Positions 10,683 to 21,166 are shown, counted from the first letter of the stretch. The stretch is DNA of 64,000 nt from an uncultured Verrucomicrobiae bacterium (GCA_963834385.1 CAWIBO010000005.1:448001-512000); one strand, 5' to 3'. The notes: generated by a model from the letters alone, not told the origin. Numbers and translations are program-made.

Positions 10683-11310
10683 CCTCCTGTCCCTGCTGCT
10701 GGTCGGAGGTGTGATTGGCACCGGCTTTGTCCTCGCCGAGAGCGAGATCCCCCAGCAGGCCCCGTTTTCGCGTTACCAGGTGATGCTGGACAAATCGCCG
10801 TTCGCCGTGGCCACGGCGGTGGCGGCGCCTGCTGCCACCCCCAACTTCGCCAAGGACCTTTACGTCGCCAATGCCGCGCGCACCGCCGATGGCGCGGTCG
10901 TCACCATCGCCTCGAGCACCGATAAAAATTTCAAGAAGTACCTGAACACGGCCGCGCCGGTGGACGGCTTTGCCATCACCAACATCGAGTGGTCGGAAAA
11001 GGTCGGGGCCACCCGCGTCACCATCACCAAGGATGGGCAGGTCGCCACCCTGAGCTTCAACCAGGCGCTGCTTGCGCAACCCGCCGCGAACGCGCCGCCG
11101 AGCGCCGCCGCGCAGCAGCCGCCCGCAGCCAATATCCCGGCCGCTCCCGGGCAGCGTCCGCAGAATTTTCCGCGTCCGGCGCCGATCCCGAGCCTGCCGA
11201 TGCCGACGCCGCCGCCGCGGGTGCGCGGGTTGATCCAGAAAAATCCGCAGCAGATCCCGGGTGTGCCTACGCCAGCGCCGAATGTTACTCCGGATCTGCC
11301 GGAGGAATAG
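10672..11310 (+). CDS. Membrane-anchored Pro-rich protein, possible GspC-like component
   Basis: N-terminal hydrophobic anchor, SPF motif, short beta domain, Pro/Ala/Gln-rich tail; overlaps gspM. Confidence 0.5.
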   Translation: MRSSLLSLLLVGGVIGTGFVLAESEIPQQAPFSRYQVMLDKSPFAVATAVAAPAATPNFAKDLYVANAARTADGAVVTIASSTDKNFKKYLNTAAPVDGFAITNIEWSEKVGATRVTITKDGQVATLSFNQALLAQPAANAPPSAAAQQPPAANIPAAPGQRPQNFPRPAPIPSLPMPTPPPRVRGLIQKNPQQIPGVPTPAPNVTPDLPEE

Positions 11311-11319
11311 CCAGGTGCC

Positions 11320-11730
11320 TTAGCGGCCCCAGTCGTCGTCCGCCGTGTCTGGTTTACGGTCCGGGCCGGCGGAATAAAGGTCGAAGGTGTTCTGGTTGCG
11401 TTTGCCGGGGTTGAGATAAACGAACTCGGTGTTCCAGGGATCCTTGGGCACTTCGTCGAAAAGCTGGGTCCAGCGCGAGGGGAGGGGTTCGGAGGAAGGC
11501 CGGCTCACCAGCGCCTGCAGTCCCTGTTCCGTTGTGGGCATGAAACCGTTCATGCTCTCGTAGAGTTTCAGCTGGGTCTGGATGCTCTGGAGGGAGCTTT
11601 GCACAGCCACGGCCCGGCCGACCTCGACGTTGCCGCGCAGCTTGTAGATGGCGGTTCCGAGAAGCAGGGCAATGATCGTCACCACCAGCATGATCTCGAG
11701 AAGGGTGAAGGCGCTTTCCTTGTGTTTCAT
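11320..11730 (-). CDS. gspG: Type II secretion major pseudopilin GspG
   Basis: AFTLLEIMLVV, PTTEQGLQALV, PKDPW, DLYSAGPD. Confidence 0.93.
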   Translation of the reverse strand: MKHKESAFTLLEIMLVVTIIALLLGTAIYKLRGNVEVGRAVAVQSSLQSIQTQLKLYESMNGFMPTTEQGLQALVSRPSSEPLPSRWTQLFDEVPKDPWNTEFVYLNPGKRNQNTFDLYSAGPDRKPDTADDDWGR

Positions 11731-11840
11731 ATTTTCAAGATGTTCGGCAATGTCGGCCCGGAGTTTGCCAGGCGCAGTGGCTTAGACAACGCGAACCCCA
11801 AATTTACTCAGCTTCCCCGCGCTGTCTCCTCCCTCCGCGG

Positions 11841-12902
11841 TCAGGGCCGAAGGAGATAATCCGATTTTTCCCAGAGATATTTGAGCTGGATCTGGGTGGC
11901 CCGGATGGCTGACTTGGCGCCGCCGCCCATGATGACAATGCTGTTGGTGCCCGCCCGGAGATAAGCCGCCGGCACGACTTTTTGGGCCCGGACCCAGCCG
12001 GTATACTGAAATTGCATCTCCGGCACCAGGCTCGTCATCTGCCCGCGATAACCGGGGTCGGCCAAATCGGGCAGAAGGAGGGCGGCGTAGCCCAGCTCGG
12101 CCCCGTTGACCAGCACCTGCGGAGGCGAGTCGATCTGCGGGGCGGCCACTTCGAAGGTAAGCAGCGCGAGGAGCGGCTGCGCTTCCAGGGCAAACTCGAA
12201 GCTCGCGCTTTCGTCATAGGTCAGCCCGAGCGGGACTATTTCCTCCGCCAGGCTGGCCGTGACCGTTCCAAACCGTTCGTTGTCCTGCCCCGGGGCGGTC
12301 AACCGGGGAGAAGCCGCGAAAGGCGCTGTGACCAGACTCTTCTCATCCGCGCCCGCCGGGCGGGTGATCTCGGCCGTGCCCATCCAGTCGAGATAAACGC
12401 CGCGCACGGTGGTGCCGTCGCCCGGCACTTCCACATCGATGGCCGAGGCGCGGATGGCCGGCTTGATGACAATGGAATCGGAGATGGGCAGGTTGACGCC
12501 CGAGCCGAGCGGCCCCGAGCGAACAACCTGTTCGCCGGTCTCATCCCAGGCCACCACTTCAGGCTGGGCGTAAACCATGTCGTCGAAAAAGAGGCGGACG
12601 AGCAGCGAATGAAGCTCGGGGCGCGGCTGTTCGAAGCGAATCCGAAAAACGCTGCGCGGTTCGCCTTCGCCGTGCGGGTTGGGCGGGATGAGCCGGACCG
12701 ATTCGATCCATACCGGCGCCTGCTGTTCCTTGGCGGTGCGCGCGTTGGTCTGGCGGAGATCAAGCCAGGCGCTGGTGGTGAGGGCGCCGGTCGCATTGCC
12801 GTTGGCATCGACCAGAGGCTTGACCGGGCCGTCGCCCGTCTGGGCAAGGGTGGACGACACCACGGCGATGAAAAGGAGAATCGCTGGGGACCGTCTGGGC
12901 AT
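11841..12902 (-). CDS. Secreted hypothetical beta-rich protein
   Basis: 353-aa ORF with signal peptide, co-oriented between gspF and gspG. Confidence 0.75.
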   Translation of the reverse strand: MPRRSPAILLFIAVVSSTLAQTGDGPVKPLVDANGNATGALTTSAWLDLRQTNARTAKEQQAPVWIESVRLIPPNPHGEGEPRSVFRIRFEQPRPELHSLLVRLFFDDMVYAQPEVVAWDETGEQVVRSGPLGSGVNLPISDSIVIKPAIRASAIDVEVPGDGTTVRGVYLDWMGTAEITRPAGADEKSLVTAPFAASPRLTAPGQDNERFGTVTASLAEEIVPLGLTYDESASFEFALEAQPLLALLTFEVAAPQIDSPPQVLVNGAELGYAALLLPDLADPGYRGQMTSLVPEMQFQYTGWVRAQKVVPAAYLRAGTNSIVIMGGGAKSAIRATQIQLKYLWEKSDYLLRP

Positions 12903-12921
12903 CGTTGAGGCCGACGTTACC

Positions 12922-14217
12922 TTATCGCGGCCGCACCTGCAATCCCCGTGTCATGTCGAAAACGGCCGTGAGAATGCTGAAGACAACAAACCCGACCACG
13001 ATCGCGATCAGCACGATAATGACCGGCGGAATCAGGGCCGAGATCACCTGCACGGTACGGTCGAGCTCGCGCTCATAAACATCGGCAATGGTCTGCATCG
13101 TTTCCGAGAAATGCCCGGTCTGTTCGCCCACCGCCATCATGTCGGTGAACAGATCGGGAAATAGATCCTGGGCCGACAGAGCGGTGGAGAGGGTCGCGCC
13201 ATCGACCACCGCGCGGCGAACCGCTGCGAGTTTTTGCTCGAGATAACGGTTGCCCGCGATCTCCGTCACGAGATCGAGCGACCGCAGGAGCGGCACCCCG
13301 TTTTCCATGAGCGTCCCAAGTGTCCGGGCAAACTGCGCATAGTAACGATGCCGGATGATGCGGCCGTAGCCGGGCACCGAAAGGCGAAAACGGTCCCAGG
13401 CCGTGCGCCCCTCGTCGCTGCGCACCAGCGCACGGAAGCCAAGGACGGCGCCGGCGGCGAGCGCGGCAAAGAGCCACCAGTATCCCGTGATGATCACGTT
13501 GGTCTGAAGCAGGATGCGGGTCGGCAGCGGCAGCACGCCCCCGGTCGAGGCCATGAACCCGGTCAACTGCGGCACCATGTAGGTGATGAAAAGAATGATC
13601 AGGACAATCCCGGCGAAGGCGAGGAACGAGGGATAAATGAGCGCCTGTTGCACGCGGTCGCGCAGATTTTTCGCCTGCATCAGGTGGGCCACCAGCCGGG
13701 AAAGAATGTCAGGGAGAGCGCCGCTGGCTTCGCCGGCCGCGACAAGGTTCACATAGATCGGCGGGAAAATGCGGGGGAACTCGCGGAGCGATTGCGAGAA
13801 ACTGCGGCCGTCCACCAGGGCCTGATGCAGCGCGTGCGTCATCTGCTGGACCCGCGGCTGTTTCAAGCGCTTTTCCAGGACGGACAACCCTTCGTCGAGG
13901 GTCATGCCGGCCCGAAGCAGATGCGCCAGTTGTTCCGTGAAGATTAAAAGCTGGCCATGTGGAATGCGGAGATTGGCCGACGGCGTCGGGGCGGACTCAC
14001 CGAAACGCGCCAGCGAGGGCATGGCCGCGGGCCGGGGAGCGGCGCCCTTGGTGGGCGAGGCCGCGGTGGGCGCCGGGGCTGATACCGGCTCAATGCGCAG
14101 CGGAATGCAGTTTTGCTGCTCGATCTGGCGGATCGCCACGGCGCGGTCCGGGCAGTTGAGGACGCCTTCAACGACCCCGCCCTCGGCGTTGCGGGCTTTG
14201 TAGGCGAACTGTGGCAC
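12922..14217 (-). CDS. gspF: Type II secretion inner membrane protein GspF/PilC
   Basis: FAYKAR, AGEASGAL, FARTLGTLMENGVPL, VGEQTG; three TM segments. Confidence 0.93.
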   Translation of the reverse strand: MPQFAYKARNAEGGVVEGVLNCPDRAVAIRQIEQQNCIPLRIEPVSAPAPTAASPTKGAAPRPAAMPSLARFGESAPTPSANLRIPHGQLLIFTEQLAHLLRAGMTLDEGLSVLEKRLKQPRVQQMTHALHQALVDGRSFSQSLREFPRIFPPIYVNLVAAGEASGALPDILSRLVAHLMQAKNLRDRVQQALIYPSFLAFAGIVLIILFITYMVPQLTGFMASTGGVLPLPTRILLQTNVIITGYWWLFAALAAGAVLGFRALVRSDEGRTAWDRFRLSVPGYGRIIRHRYYAQFARTLGTLMENGVPLLRSLDLVTEIAGNRYLEQKLAAVRRAVVDGATLSTALSAQDLFPDLFTDMMAVGEQTGHFSETMQTIADVYERELDRTVQVISALIPPVIIVLIAIVVGFVVFSILTAVFDMTRGLQVRPR

Positions 14218-14327
14218 GGCGGCCCAGCTTATCGCCGGGTGCGTGGAACGTCCAGCGGACCACTGAAACGAAAGGGGACGTAAAATCGGCGCTCGTGTTG
14301 GCGCAATTCCAGCTCTTTTTCCCGGGC

Positions 14328-15182
14328 GTGACCTTTCGTTCCCGCCCCCGCGCCCTGGCGCTTCGCTTTCTTGTCATTCTTCTCGGCCTTTTTCTGGTCG
14401 CGGACGTTTTCGCCCAGCGCCCGGGCTCGCGTCATGCCCGGGTGCGCAAAACCGTGCTGCGCGTCGCCTTGCAGCCTTTTACATTCGACACGCCGGTGAA
14501 GCGGACGATTCGCCGCACACTGGCCCCGCGGTCGCTGCGCGTGGCTTATTATTCGCCTTCCGTCATCCGGCGTGGCCAACCCGTCGACGAGGCCGCTTAT
14601 TATTTACCGCGGCGCGTTCCCCGCGCGCGTCCGCCGCAGGGCGCGGAGGAATACGATGCCGAGCCGTTTGCTGATGAGGAGGAGGACGATGGCCGTCCGG
14701 CGAACTTTGATCGCGACGAGGAAAACGAGGCGCCGCGGATGCTTGGCGGCAGTCGCCCGACCGTGGCCGGGAACCGCGCGGTCCTGCGGAACGGCGTCGC
14801 CTACGCTCCTGCCAATGCTCCGGACCGGGTGAAAGCCGCGATCTGGGCCGCCAACACCCTGCGTCGCAAACCGTACCGGTGGGGCGGGGGACATGGATCG
14901 TTTCAAGATTCCGGCTACGACTGCTCGGGCACGGTCTCCTTTGCCCTGCACCATGCCGGGGCTTTGCGGTCGCCGCTCCCGTCCTCCAGCTTCATGAACT
15001 ACGGGGAACGCGGACGGGGCCGCTGGATCACGGTTTACTCACGACGCGGCCACACCTTTGCCGTCATTGCCGGTCTGCGCCTCGACACGACCGATTTCCG
15101 GGGTGGGCGCGACGGTCCGCGCTGGCACGCCGATGGACGGAGCACCTCGGGCTACGTGGCACGCCACCCGACCGGCCTCTAG
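14328..15182 (+). CDS. NlpC/P60-like peptidoglycan endopeptidase (start uncertain)
   Basis: PYRWGGG...GYDCSG (catalytic Cys) and GHTF (His); N-terminal signal or TM segment and acidic linker. Confidence 0.8.
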   Translation: MTFRSRPRALALRFLVILLGLFLVADVFAQRPGSRHARVRKTVLRVALQPFTFDTPVKRTIRRTLAPRSLRVAYYSPSVIRRGQPVDEAAYYLPRRVPRARPPQGAEEYDAEPFADEEEDDGRPANFDRDEENEAPRMLGGSRPTVAGNRAVLRNGVAYAPANAPDRVKAAIWAANTLRRKPYRWGGGHGSFQDSGYDCSGTVSFALHHAGALRSPLPSSSFMNYGERGRGRWITVYSRRGHTFAVIAGLRLDTTDFRGGRDGPRWHADGRSTSGYVARHPTGL

Positions 15183-15218
15183 GCGCCCGCTCGCGGGCTT
15201 CTGCGCGCCAGGATCAAA

Positions 15219-16433
15219 TCACTGCGCGCAATCCTCGTAGGAATCGCCGCGCAGGTGCGCGAGGGCTTCCCCCACGAAGTGCAGGGAGCCGGTGATGAGG
15301 ATCGGCTCAGAATAACTGCGGGCGGTTTCCAGGCCCGCCGGGAAATCGTCGGCTACGCTGGCCGGCGTGGCGGGATTGACGCGGTTGATTGCGGCTTCGA
15401 GCAACGGGGGCGGCAGGGCACGCTCGCTGCCGATCTGCGGAAGCACGAAGCGCGCGGCCAGCGGCGCGAGGCCTCGGATCATTTCGTCCGCCTCCTTGTC
15501 GCGCAGGATGGCGAGGATCACCGTTGCCCTGGCTTCTCCCATGACATCCCGCCAGGCGCTCACCAGGCGTTCCATGCCGGCGGGGTTATGGGCGCCGTCG
15601 ATGATCACCCGATCGTCCCAACGTTGGAAACGGCCCGGCCATTCCACGCGCTCAAGGCCGGTGGCAATTGCCGCCGCAGAAACTTCGATCCGGGCCGCGC
15701 TCAGCGCCGCCACGGCCACCGCGGCGTTCTCGCGCTGGTGCGGGCCGGCCAGGCCCACCCGGCGAGCCGGGTCCGGAGGTTCGACTTCGCGAAGCGGCGC
15801 GTTCCGTTCCGCGGCGGCCGCATGGATCACCTCGGCGGCCTCGGGAGGTTGCCGGGCGGTGACTACGGGCACGCCGGGCTTGATGATCCCGGCCTTCTCC
15901 AGGGCGATCGCGCTCAGGCTGGAGCCGAGCCATTTTTGATGGTCGAGCGCGATCGGGGTCAGGACAGCCACCGCCGGAGTGAGCGCGTTGGTGGCGTCGA
16001 GCCGGCCGCCCATCCCGGTCTCGAGAACCACGATCTCACACCGGGTGCGCTCGAAATGCAGCAGGGCGAGGACGGTGGTGATTTCAAAAAAAGTCGGGTG
16101 CGGCTCCCAGCCATCGACCAGATGGCGCAGGCGGGTGAGGCCGGCGGCGACTTCCTCGGCGCTGATCATCTCACCATCCACCCGGATGCGTTCGCGGAAG
16201 GTGACCAGGTGCGGCGAGGTGAAAAGACCGGTGCGCAGGCCCTGAACGCGGCAGATCGAATCGATCATGGCGCAGACGGAACCTTTGCCGTTGGTCCCGG
16301 CGACGTGCACGATCCGGGCGGTGGGAGACGTCAGCTGCAGCTCGCGCAGGAGACGTTCGGTGTTCTCCAGGCCAAGCTTGATCCCAAAACGCTGCGTGGC
16401 GTAAAGCCAGCCGAGCGCGTCGCGATAGTTCAC
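15219..16433 (-). CDS. folC: Folylpolyglutamate synthase/dihydrofolate synthase
   Basis: HVAGTNGKGS, FTSPHL, ETGMGGRLDATN, WPGRF, DGAHNP. Confidence 0.95.
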   Translation of the reverse strand: MNYRDALGWLYATQRFGIKLGLENTERLLRELQLTSPTARIVHVAGTNGKGSVCAMIDSICRVQGLRTGLFTSPHLVTFRERIRVDGEMISAEEVAAGLTRLRHLVDGWEPHPTFFEITTVLALLHFERTRCEIVVLETGMGGRLDATNALTPAVAVLTPIALDHQKWLGSSLSAIALEKAGIIKPGVPVVTARQPPEAAEVIHAAAAERNAPLREVEPPDPARRVGLAGPHQRENAAVAVAALSAARIEVSAAAIATGLERVEWPGRFQRWDDRVIIDGAHNPAGMERLVSAWRDVMGEARATVILAILRDKEADEMIRGLAPLAARFVLPQIGSERALPPPLLEAAINRVNPATPASVADDFPAGLETARSYSEPILITGSLHFVGEALAHLRGDSYEDCAQ

Positions 16434-17275
16434 TGCCCGGTGGCGAGGTATCCCAGGAGCTGCGCCACCTGCGGTCGCATCTGTTTGCGATGCACGATCA
16501 GGTCCAACAGGCCGCGTTCCTCGAGGAACTCGGCGGTCTGGAAACCCTTCGGCAGGTCCTGGTGGGTGGTTTCCTTGATCACGCGCGGCCCGGCGAACCC
16601 AATCATGCTGCGCGGCTCCGCCATGATGATGTCGCCCAGCGAAGCATAACTGGCCATGACGCCGGCGGTGGTGGGATTGGTCAGGATGGAGATGTAGGGG
16701 AGGCGGGCCGCCGCATGGAGAGCGAGGGCGCCGCTGGTCTTGGCCATCTGCATGAGCGAAAGCATCCCTTCATACATGCGGGCGCCGCCGGAAGCGGCCA
16801 CGATGATGACGGCGCACTTGTGCTTGGTGCCGTATTCGATCACGCGCGTGATGCGTTCCCCGACGACCGAGCCCATGGTGGCGGCGAGAAAATCAAATTC
16901 CATCACGGCCACGGCGACCTTGTAGCCCTCGAGCAGGCCGTGTCCGCTGAGGACGGCATCAACCAACCCGGTGGCATCCTGGTATTTCTTGAGGCGGTCC
17001 TTGTAGCTGGCCATGCCCTGGAACTGGAGGGTGTCGACCGAGGAGAGCCCGGCGTCGAACTCCGTGAAAGAGTCGGGGTCAAGCAGCATCTCGATCCGTT
17101 CCTTGGCCGAGATGGTGAAATGATAATCGCACCGGGGACAGACCCGCTGGTTTTGGGTCAGCTCAATCTCGTGCACCACCTCGGAACAACCGGGACACTT
17201 GCGCCAGAGGCCCTGCGGCATCTCGCGTTTTTTGCTCGATTCAGACCGGATGGTCGGTTTTTTGAAAATGGCCAT
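16430..17275 (-). CDS. accD: Acetyl-CoA carboxylase carboxyltransferase beta subunit
   Basis: Zn finger CPGC...CPRC, SGGARMYEG, SLMQMAK, GFAGPRVI. Confidence 0.95.
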   Translation of the reverse strand: MAIFKKPTIRSESSKKREMPQGLWRKCPGCSEVVHEIELTQNQRVCPRCDYHFTISAKERIEMLLDPDSFTEFDAGLSSVDTLQFQGMASYKDRLKKYQDATGLVDAVLSGHGLLEGYKVAVAVMEFDFLAATMGSVVGERITRVIEYGTKHKCAVIIVAASGGARMYEGMLSLMQMAKTSGALALHAAARLPYISILTNPTTAGVMASYASLGDIIMAEPRSMIGFAGPRVIKETTHQDLPKGFQTAEFLEERGLLDLIVHRKQMRPQVAQLLGYLATGQ

Positions 17276-17279
17276 GTAA

Positions 17280-17996
17280 TCAGGCGCGTGCCGCCGTCAC
17301 CGCGTGGACCGAAGCCGCGCCGCCCGCCCGCAGGACGCGCGCACACTCGCTCAAGGTCGACCCGGTGGTCAGGACATCATCAATTAGTAGCACGCGCAAC
17401 CCTCGCACGTCGGCATTTTTCCGTAAACGGAAGGCATTACGCAAGTTTTCCATGCGCTCCGCCCGGTCGAAGGCTGTCTGGGTGGTGGTAAACCGGACCC
17501 GTTGCAGGAGCGGACGGAGCGGCAGGTCGGTGTGCCCGGAGAGGACCTCGGCAAGGAGCTGCGCCTGGTTGAACCCGCGGGAGCGCTGCCGGGCCGGGTG
17601 CAGCGGGACCGGCACGAGCAGATCGAAGGTCTGACCCCGGAGACGTTCGTCCTCCATCGCCTCGACCAGCCACTGGCCCAGCGGGTAACGCAGGTAAAGC
17701 GCCTTGCGGTATTTGAACTCGTGCAGGAGCTGGCGGACAAGGCCCCGGCTGCGGTAGGCGGAGACCGCCGCCTCGAAATGAACCGTGCGGTGCCCGCAAT
17801 TGGCGCAGTCAAACGGGCTGGTGATGTCGCCGGGAAACGGTTCCGAACATTTCCGGCAGAACGGCGGACTGATTCTCGGCGCCCGCCGAAGGCAGGGTTC
17901 GCAGAGATACTGGCCGGCCGGCACGCTCATCCCGCAACCCTCGCAAAGCGACGGATAAAACAGGGAGACCAGCGCCCGGCACGATTCAGCGAGCAT
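17280..17996 (-). CDS. comF: ComF family amidophosphoribosyltransferase
   Basis: Double zinc ribbon, PVPLH...RGFNQA, LIDDVLTTGST. Confidence 0.92.
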   Translation of the reverse strand: MLAESCRALVSLFYPSLCEGCGMSVPAGQYLCEPCLRRAPRISPPFCRKCSEPFPGDITSPFDCANCGHRTVHFEAAVSAYRSRGLVRQLLHEFKYRKALYLRYPLGQWLVEAMEDERLRGQTFDLLVPVPLHPARQRSRGFNQAQLLAEVLSGHTDLPLRPLLQRVRFTTTQTAFDRAERMENLRNAFRLRKNADVRGLRVLLIDDVLTTGSTLSECARVLRAGGAASVHAVTAARA

Positions 17997-18867
17997 GGCG
18001 CCCTGTCTTCTTTAGATAAAAAATCAGCGCGCCCCAGGTGATCAGCGCGACCAGGACCGGCACCACGCCGAGGCGCAGGTTGTCGCCGATCCAGGGCCAG
18101 GCGGGCGAATCGAGCCGGGCCATCTTGTTAAAGGCGCCGTTGGCCAGGATCCATCCGGCATGCAGGCCGATGGGCAGCCAGAGCGACCGGGTGCGCCAGC
18201 GGGCCACGCCCATGATGAGACCAAGGACGAAGAGCGTGGCGCAGGCCGCCCAGGTCTCGCCCGGCTCGGTTTGGAAGGAATGAAAACCCTGCCCCGCGAG
18301 GGCGAAACCCGACTGCCAGAAGACCGGTTGATCCGCGACCTCGGGAGCTTTCAGGAAATGAATCACCGAATAGAACGCCGAGGTGAGCAGGAGCCCGAGG
18401 GTCGCCTGGGCCCGCCGGGCAAAAAGACCGAGCAGAAAACCGCGAAAAAAGAATTCCTCGATCACCGGAACGATGAGAGCGGCCAGGGCGACCTGCCCGA
18501 GGCCGGACCAGCGCGGGTTGGTCCGGATCAGATAGACATCGAGCAGAACGAGCAGGCCGGCGGCGGCGGCCAGCGGGAGAGCGGCCAGGCAAAACCCGGT
18601 CGCCGCATCGCGGCCCCCGCGGGGATTCGGGACGAGATCGAGGTCGCTCAGCCGGCGGATCTCGAGGCTGCGCCAGAGCGGATAGAGCAAAGCCAGCGCG
18701 GCCAGGAGCAAAGCCCGGTGAAAAAAACTCCGGAACCCGTAACCGGTCAGATCGGGCCCGCCCTGCGCGGCGAGGGCCTGCGCTCCCCAGAAGAGAGGCG
18801 GCGCGAGGAGCGCGCCGAGCAGCACGACCGCGACAAAGTAGGCCAGCACTCGCGCTGCGTCTTTCAA
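17986..18867 (-). CDS. CPBP (CAAX/Abi) family intramembrane metalloprotease
   Basis: EEFFFRG, FYSVIH, LWLPIGLHAGW. Confidence 0.9.
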   Translation of the reverse strand: MKDAARVLAYFVAVVLLGALLAPPLFWGAQALAAQGGPDLTGYGFRSFFHRALLLAALALLYPLWRSLEIRRLSDLDLVPNPRGGRDAATGFCLAALPLAAAAGLLVLLDVYLIRTNPRWSGLGQVALAALIVPVIEEFFFRGFLLGLFARRAQATLGLLLTSAFYSVIHFLKAPEVADQPVFWQSGFALAGQGFHSFQTEPGETWAACATLFVLGLIMGVARWRTRSLWLPIGLHAGWILANGAFNKMARLDSPAWPWIGDNLRLGVVPVLVALITWGALIFYLKKTGRHAR

Positions 18868-18892
18868 GATCCTAATGTAGAGTCGCGACGGA

Positions 18893-19150
18893 ATGCCCAG
18901 TCAACACATATGGACGGAGCGGGACGAGGAAGGCCGGAAACGCGAGGTTCGCGCGGTCAAATTCGGCGGCAAATGGAAGCTACAGGCGAAATTCGTCGAT
19001 GAAGAAAACTGGACCTATTACGAGGAACCGCTTCTGGCCGATCTCAGGGCCCTGCACGACCTGCTCTTCCGGAAATATCAGCGCCGGCGGGTTCCGGCCG
19101 AGGATGTCACCGCGATCGAGCGGATGCTGCACGAGCACCCCGGCGAATGA
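18893..19150 (+). CDS. Small hypothetical protein coupled to bioA
   Basis: 85-aa ORF with typical codon usage; stop overlaps the bioA start (ATGA). Confidence 0.7.
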   Translation: MPSQHIWTERDEEGRKREVRAVKFGGKWKLQAKFVDEENWTYYEEPLLADLRALHDLLFRKYQRRRVPAEDVTAIERMLHEHPGE

Positions 19151-20432
19151 GCGCCTGGAAAACAGAGGAGCTGGCGGCGGCCGACAAGCGGCATCTCTGG
19201 CACCCTTTCACCCCGCTGCACGCCTGGTGCGCGGATGATCATGAACCGATCGTGCTGGTGGAAGGGGAGGGGGCGCTTCTCCGGGACAGCCGGGGCCGCG
19301 AGTATATCGACGGCAATTCGTCCATTTGGACCAACATCCACGGGCACAACCATCCGCGCCTCAACCAGGCCATCCGGGAGCAGCTCGGGCGCGTGGCCCA
19401 CACCTCTTTCCTCGGATTCTCCAACCCGCGAGCCATCGAACTGGCCACCCGGCTGATTGGCCTGTTCCCACCCGGGGCCTTTTCCCGGGTGTTTTTCTCC
19501 GACAACGGCTCCACCGGGATCGAGGTGGCCCTGCGGATAGCCGACCAATATTGGCGGTTGCGCGGGGAGAACCGGCCGGAATTTGTCTCGTTTGCGCGGG
19601 GATACCATGGCGACACCGCGGGGGCGGCGGCCTTGGGGGCCCAGAGCCTCTTCCCGAACGGGCCGGCGGGGTGGGGATTCCCGGTGCGCCAGGTGTCGTC
19701 CGTCGAAGAGCTGGAAGAGGGGGAGAGCCGAAATGTCGCGGCGGTGGTGATCGAGCCGCTGATCCAGGGAGCCGCCGGGATGCAACCATGGCCAGAAGGG
19801 GTGCTCGCCGACCTCAAGCGGTGGTGTACGGTCAGCGGCGCCCTTCTTGTAGCCGATGAAGTGATGACCGGGTTCGGCCGGACCGGAACCATGTTCGCCT
19901 GCGAGCAGGAAGGCGTTTTACCGGACATCGTGGTTCTCGGTAAAGCGTTGACGGGAGGATATGTTCCGTTGGCTGCTACTTTAATAACGGAACAAGTATC
20001 AGAGCTGTTTTTGCGTGATTCTGACCCCCGGCGGACGCTGTTTTACGGGCATTCTTATGCCGGAAATCCGATTGGCTGCGCCGTGGCCCTGGCCAGTCTC
20101 GATTTGTTCGGGGAAGAGCGGAACCCTGCAACGTCTCCAAGACTCCATCCAGCTCCTCCGGGACGAACTGTCGCGCCTCGCAGACGCGGTCGGACGTCGC
20201 GGAGGTTCGGCAATGCGGCTTCATCGCGGGCGTTGAACTGGCGCCGCGCGCCGAAAAGTCGGGTCCGAAACGTCGGCTCGGGGCGGAGGTCTGCCAGGCG
20301 GCCCGGCAGCACGGGCTTTTGACCCGTCCCATTGGGGACACGGTGGTTCTGATGCCGCCTTATTGCATCACCCCCGACCAGCTAAAGCAGTCGGTCCGGG
20401 CGATCGAGCTGGCCCTCGAGGAGGTCATGTGA
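19147..20432 (+). CDS. bioA: Adenosylmethionine--8-amino-7-oxononanoate transaminase; two apparent frameshifts near 20120 and 20185
   Basis: LWHPFT, SDNGSTGIEVALR, YHGDT, EPLIQGAAGM, DEVMTGFGRTG, GKALTGG. The C-terminus (EVRQCG...LTRPIGDTVVLMPP) is in a shifted frame ending at TGA 20432. Confidence 0.92.
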
Positions 20433-21166
20433 GCCTGAAGTCGCGCCTGGACGTCGCCCTGGTGGAGCGCGGCCTTTTTGATACCCGCGAGAAGGCGCAG
20501 CGCGCGATCATGGCCGGGAAGGTCAGGGTGAACGACCAGATCGCCGCCAAAGCCTCGCTCACGGTCAGGCGGGAGACGCCCATCGAGGTGGAGCCCGACC
20601 GGGAATTTGTCGGCCGCGGCGGCACCAAGCTGGCGGGGGCCCTGGAGCATTTCGGCCTCGACCCTTCGGGGCAGACCGCCCTCGACATCGGGGCTTCCAC
20701 CGGCGGGTTCACCGATTGCCTGCTGCAACGGGGCGCCGCGCATGTTTATGCGGTGGACGTCGGGCATAGCCAGCTCGCCTGGAAGATCCGGTCGGATCCC
20801 CGGGTGACGGTGCTGGAGAAGGTGAATGCCCGCTATCTTGGCCCGGCTGAAATTCCCGGGCCGATAGACCTCTGCGTGATCGATGTCTCGTTTATCTCGC
20901 TGACTTTGATCTTGCCGCCGGCGCTCCAATTGGTAAGGGCAGGGGGCGTGATCCTGGCCCTGATCAAACCGCAGTTCGAATTGCAGCCCGGCGAGGTCGG
21001 CCGCGGAGGCGTCGTCACCGAGAGCGCGTTCCATGAGAAGGCGGTGCGACGGATCGAGGATTTTTGCGGGAACATTGCCGAGCTCGAAAATAAGGGGGTG
21101 ATCCCGTCGCCCATCACCGGCACCGAGGGGAACCGTGAATTTTTCATATGCCTGCAAAAACAATAG
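20429..21166 (+). CDS. tlyA: TlyA family rRNA (cytidine-2'-O)-methyltransferase
   Basis: S4 domain RLDVALVERG, DIGASTGGFTD, DVSFISL, LIKPQFE, GNREF. Confidence 0.93.
   Translation: MSLKSRLDVALVERGLFDTREKAQRAIMAGKVRVNDQIAAKASLTVRRETPIEVEPDREFVGRGGTKLAGALEHFGLDPSGQTALDIGASTGGFTDCLLQRGAAHVYAVDVGHSQLAWKIRSDPRVTVLEKVNARYLGPAEIPGPIDLCVIDVSFISLTLILPPALQLVRAGGVILALIKPQFELQPGEVGRGGVVTESAFHEKAVRRIEDFCGNIAELENKGVIPSPITGTEGNREFFICLQKQ

Noticed and set aside
19900..20070. AT-richer patch inside bioA
   Set aside because: The reading frame and conserved PLP-lysine region are intact, and no boundary repeats suggest an insertion.
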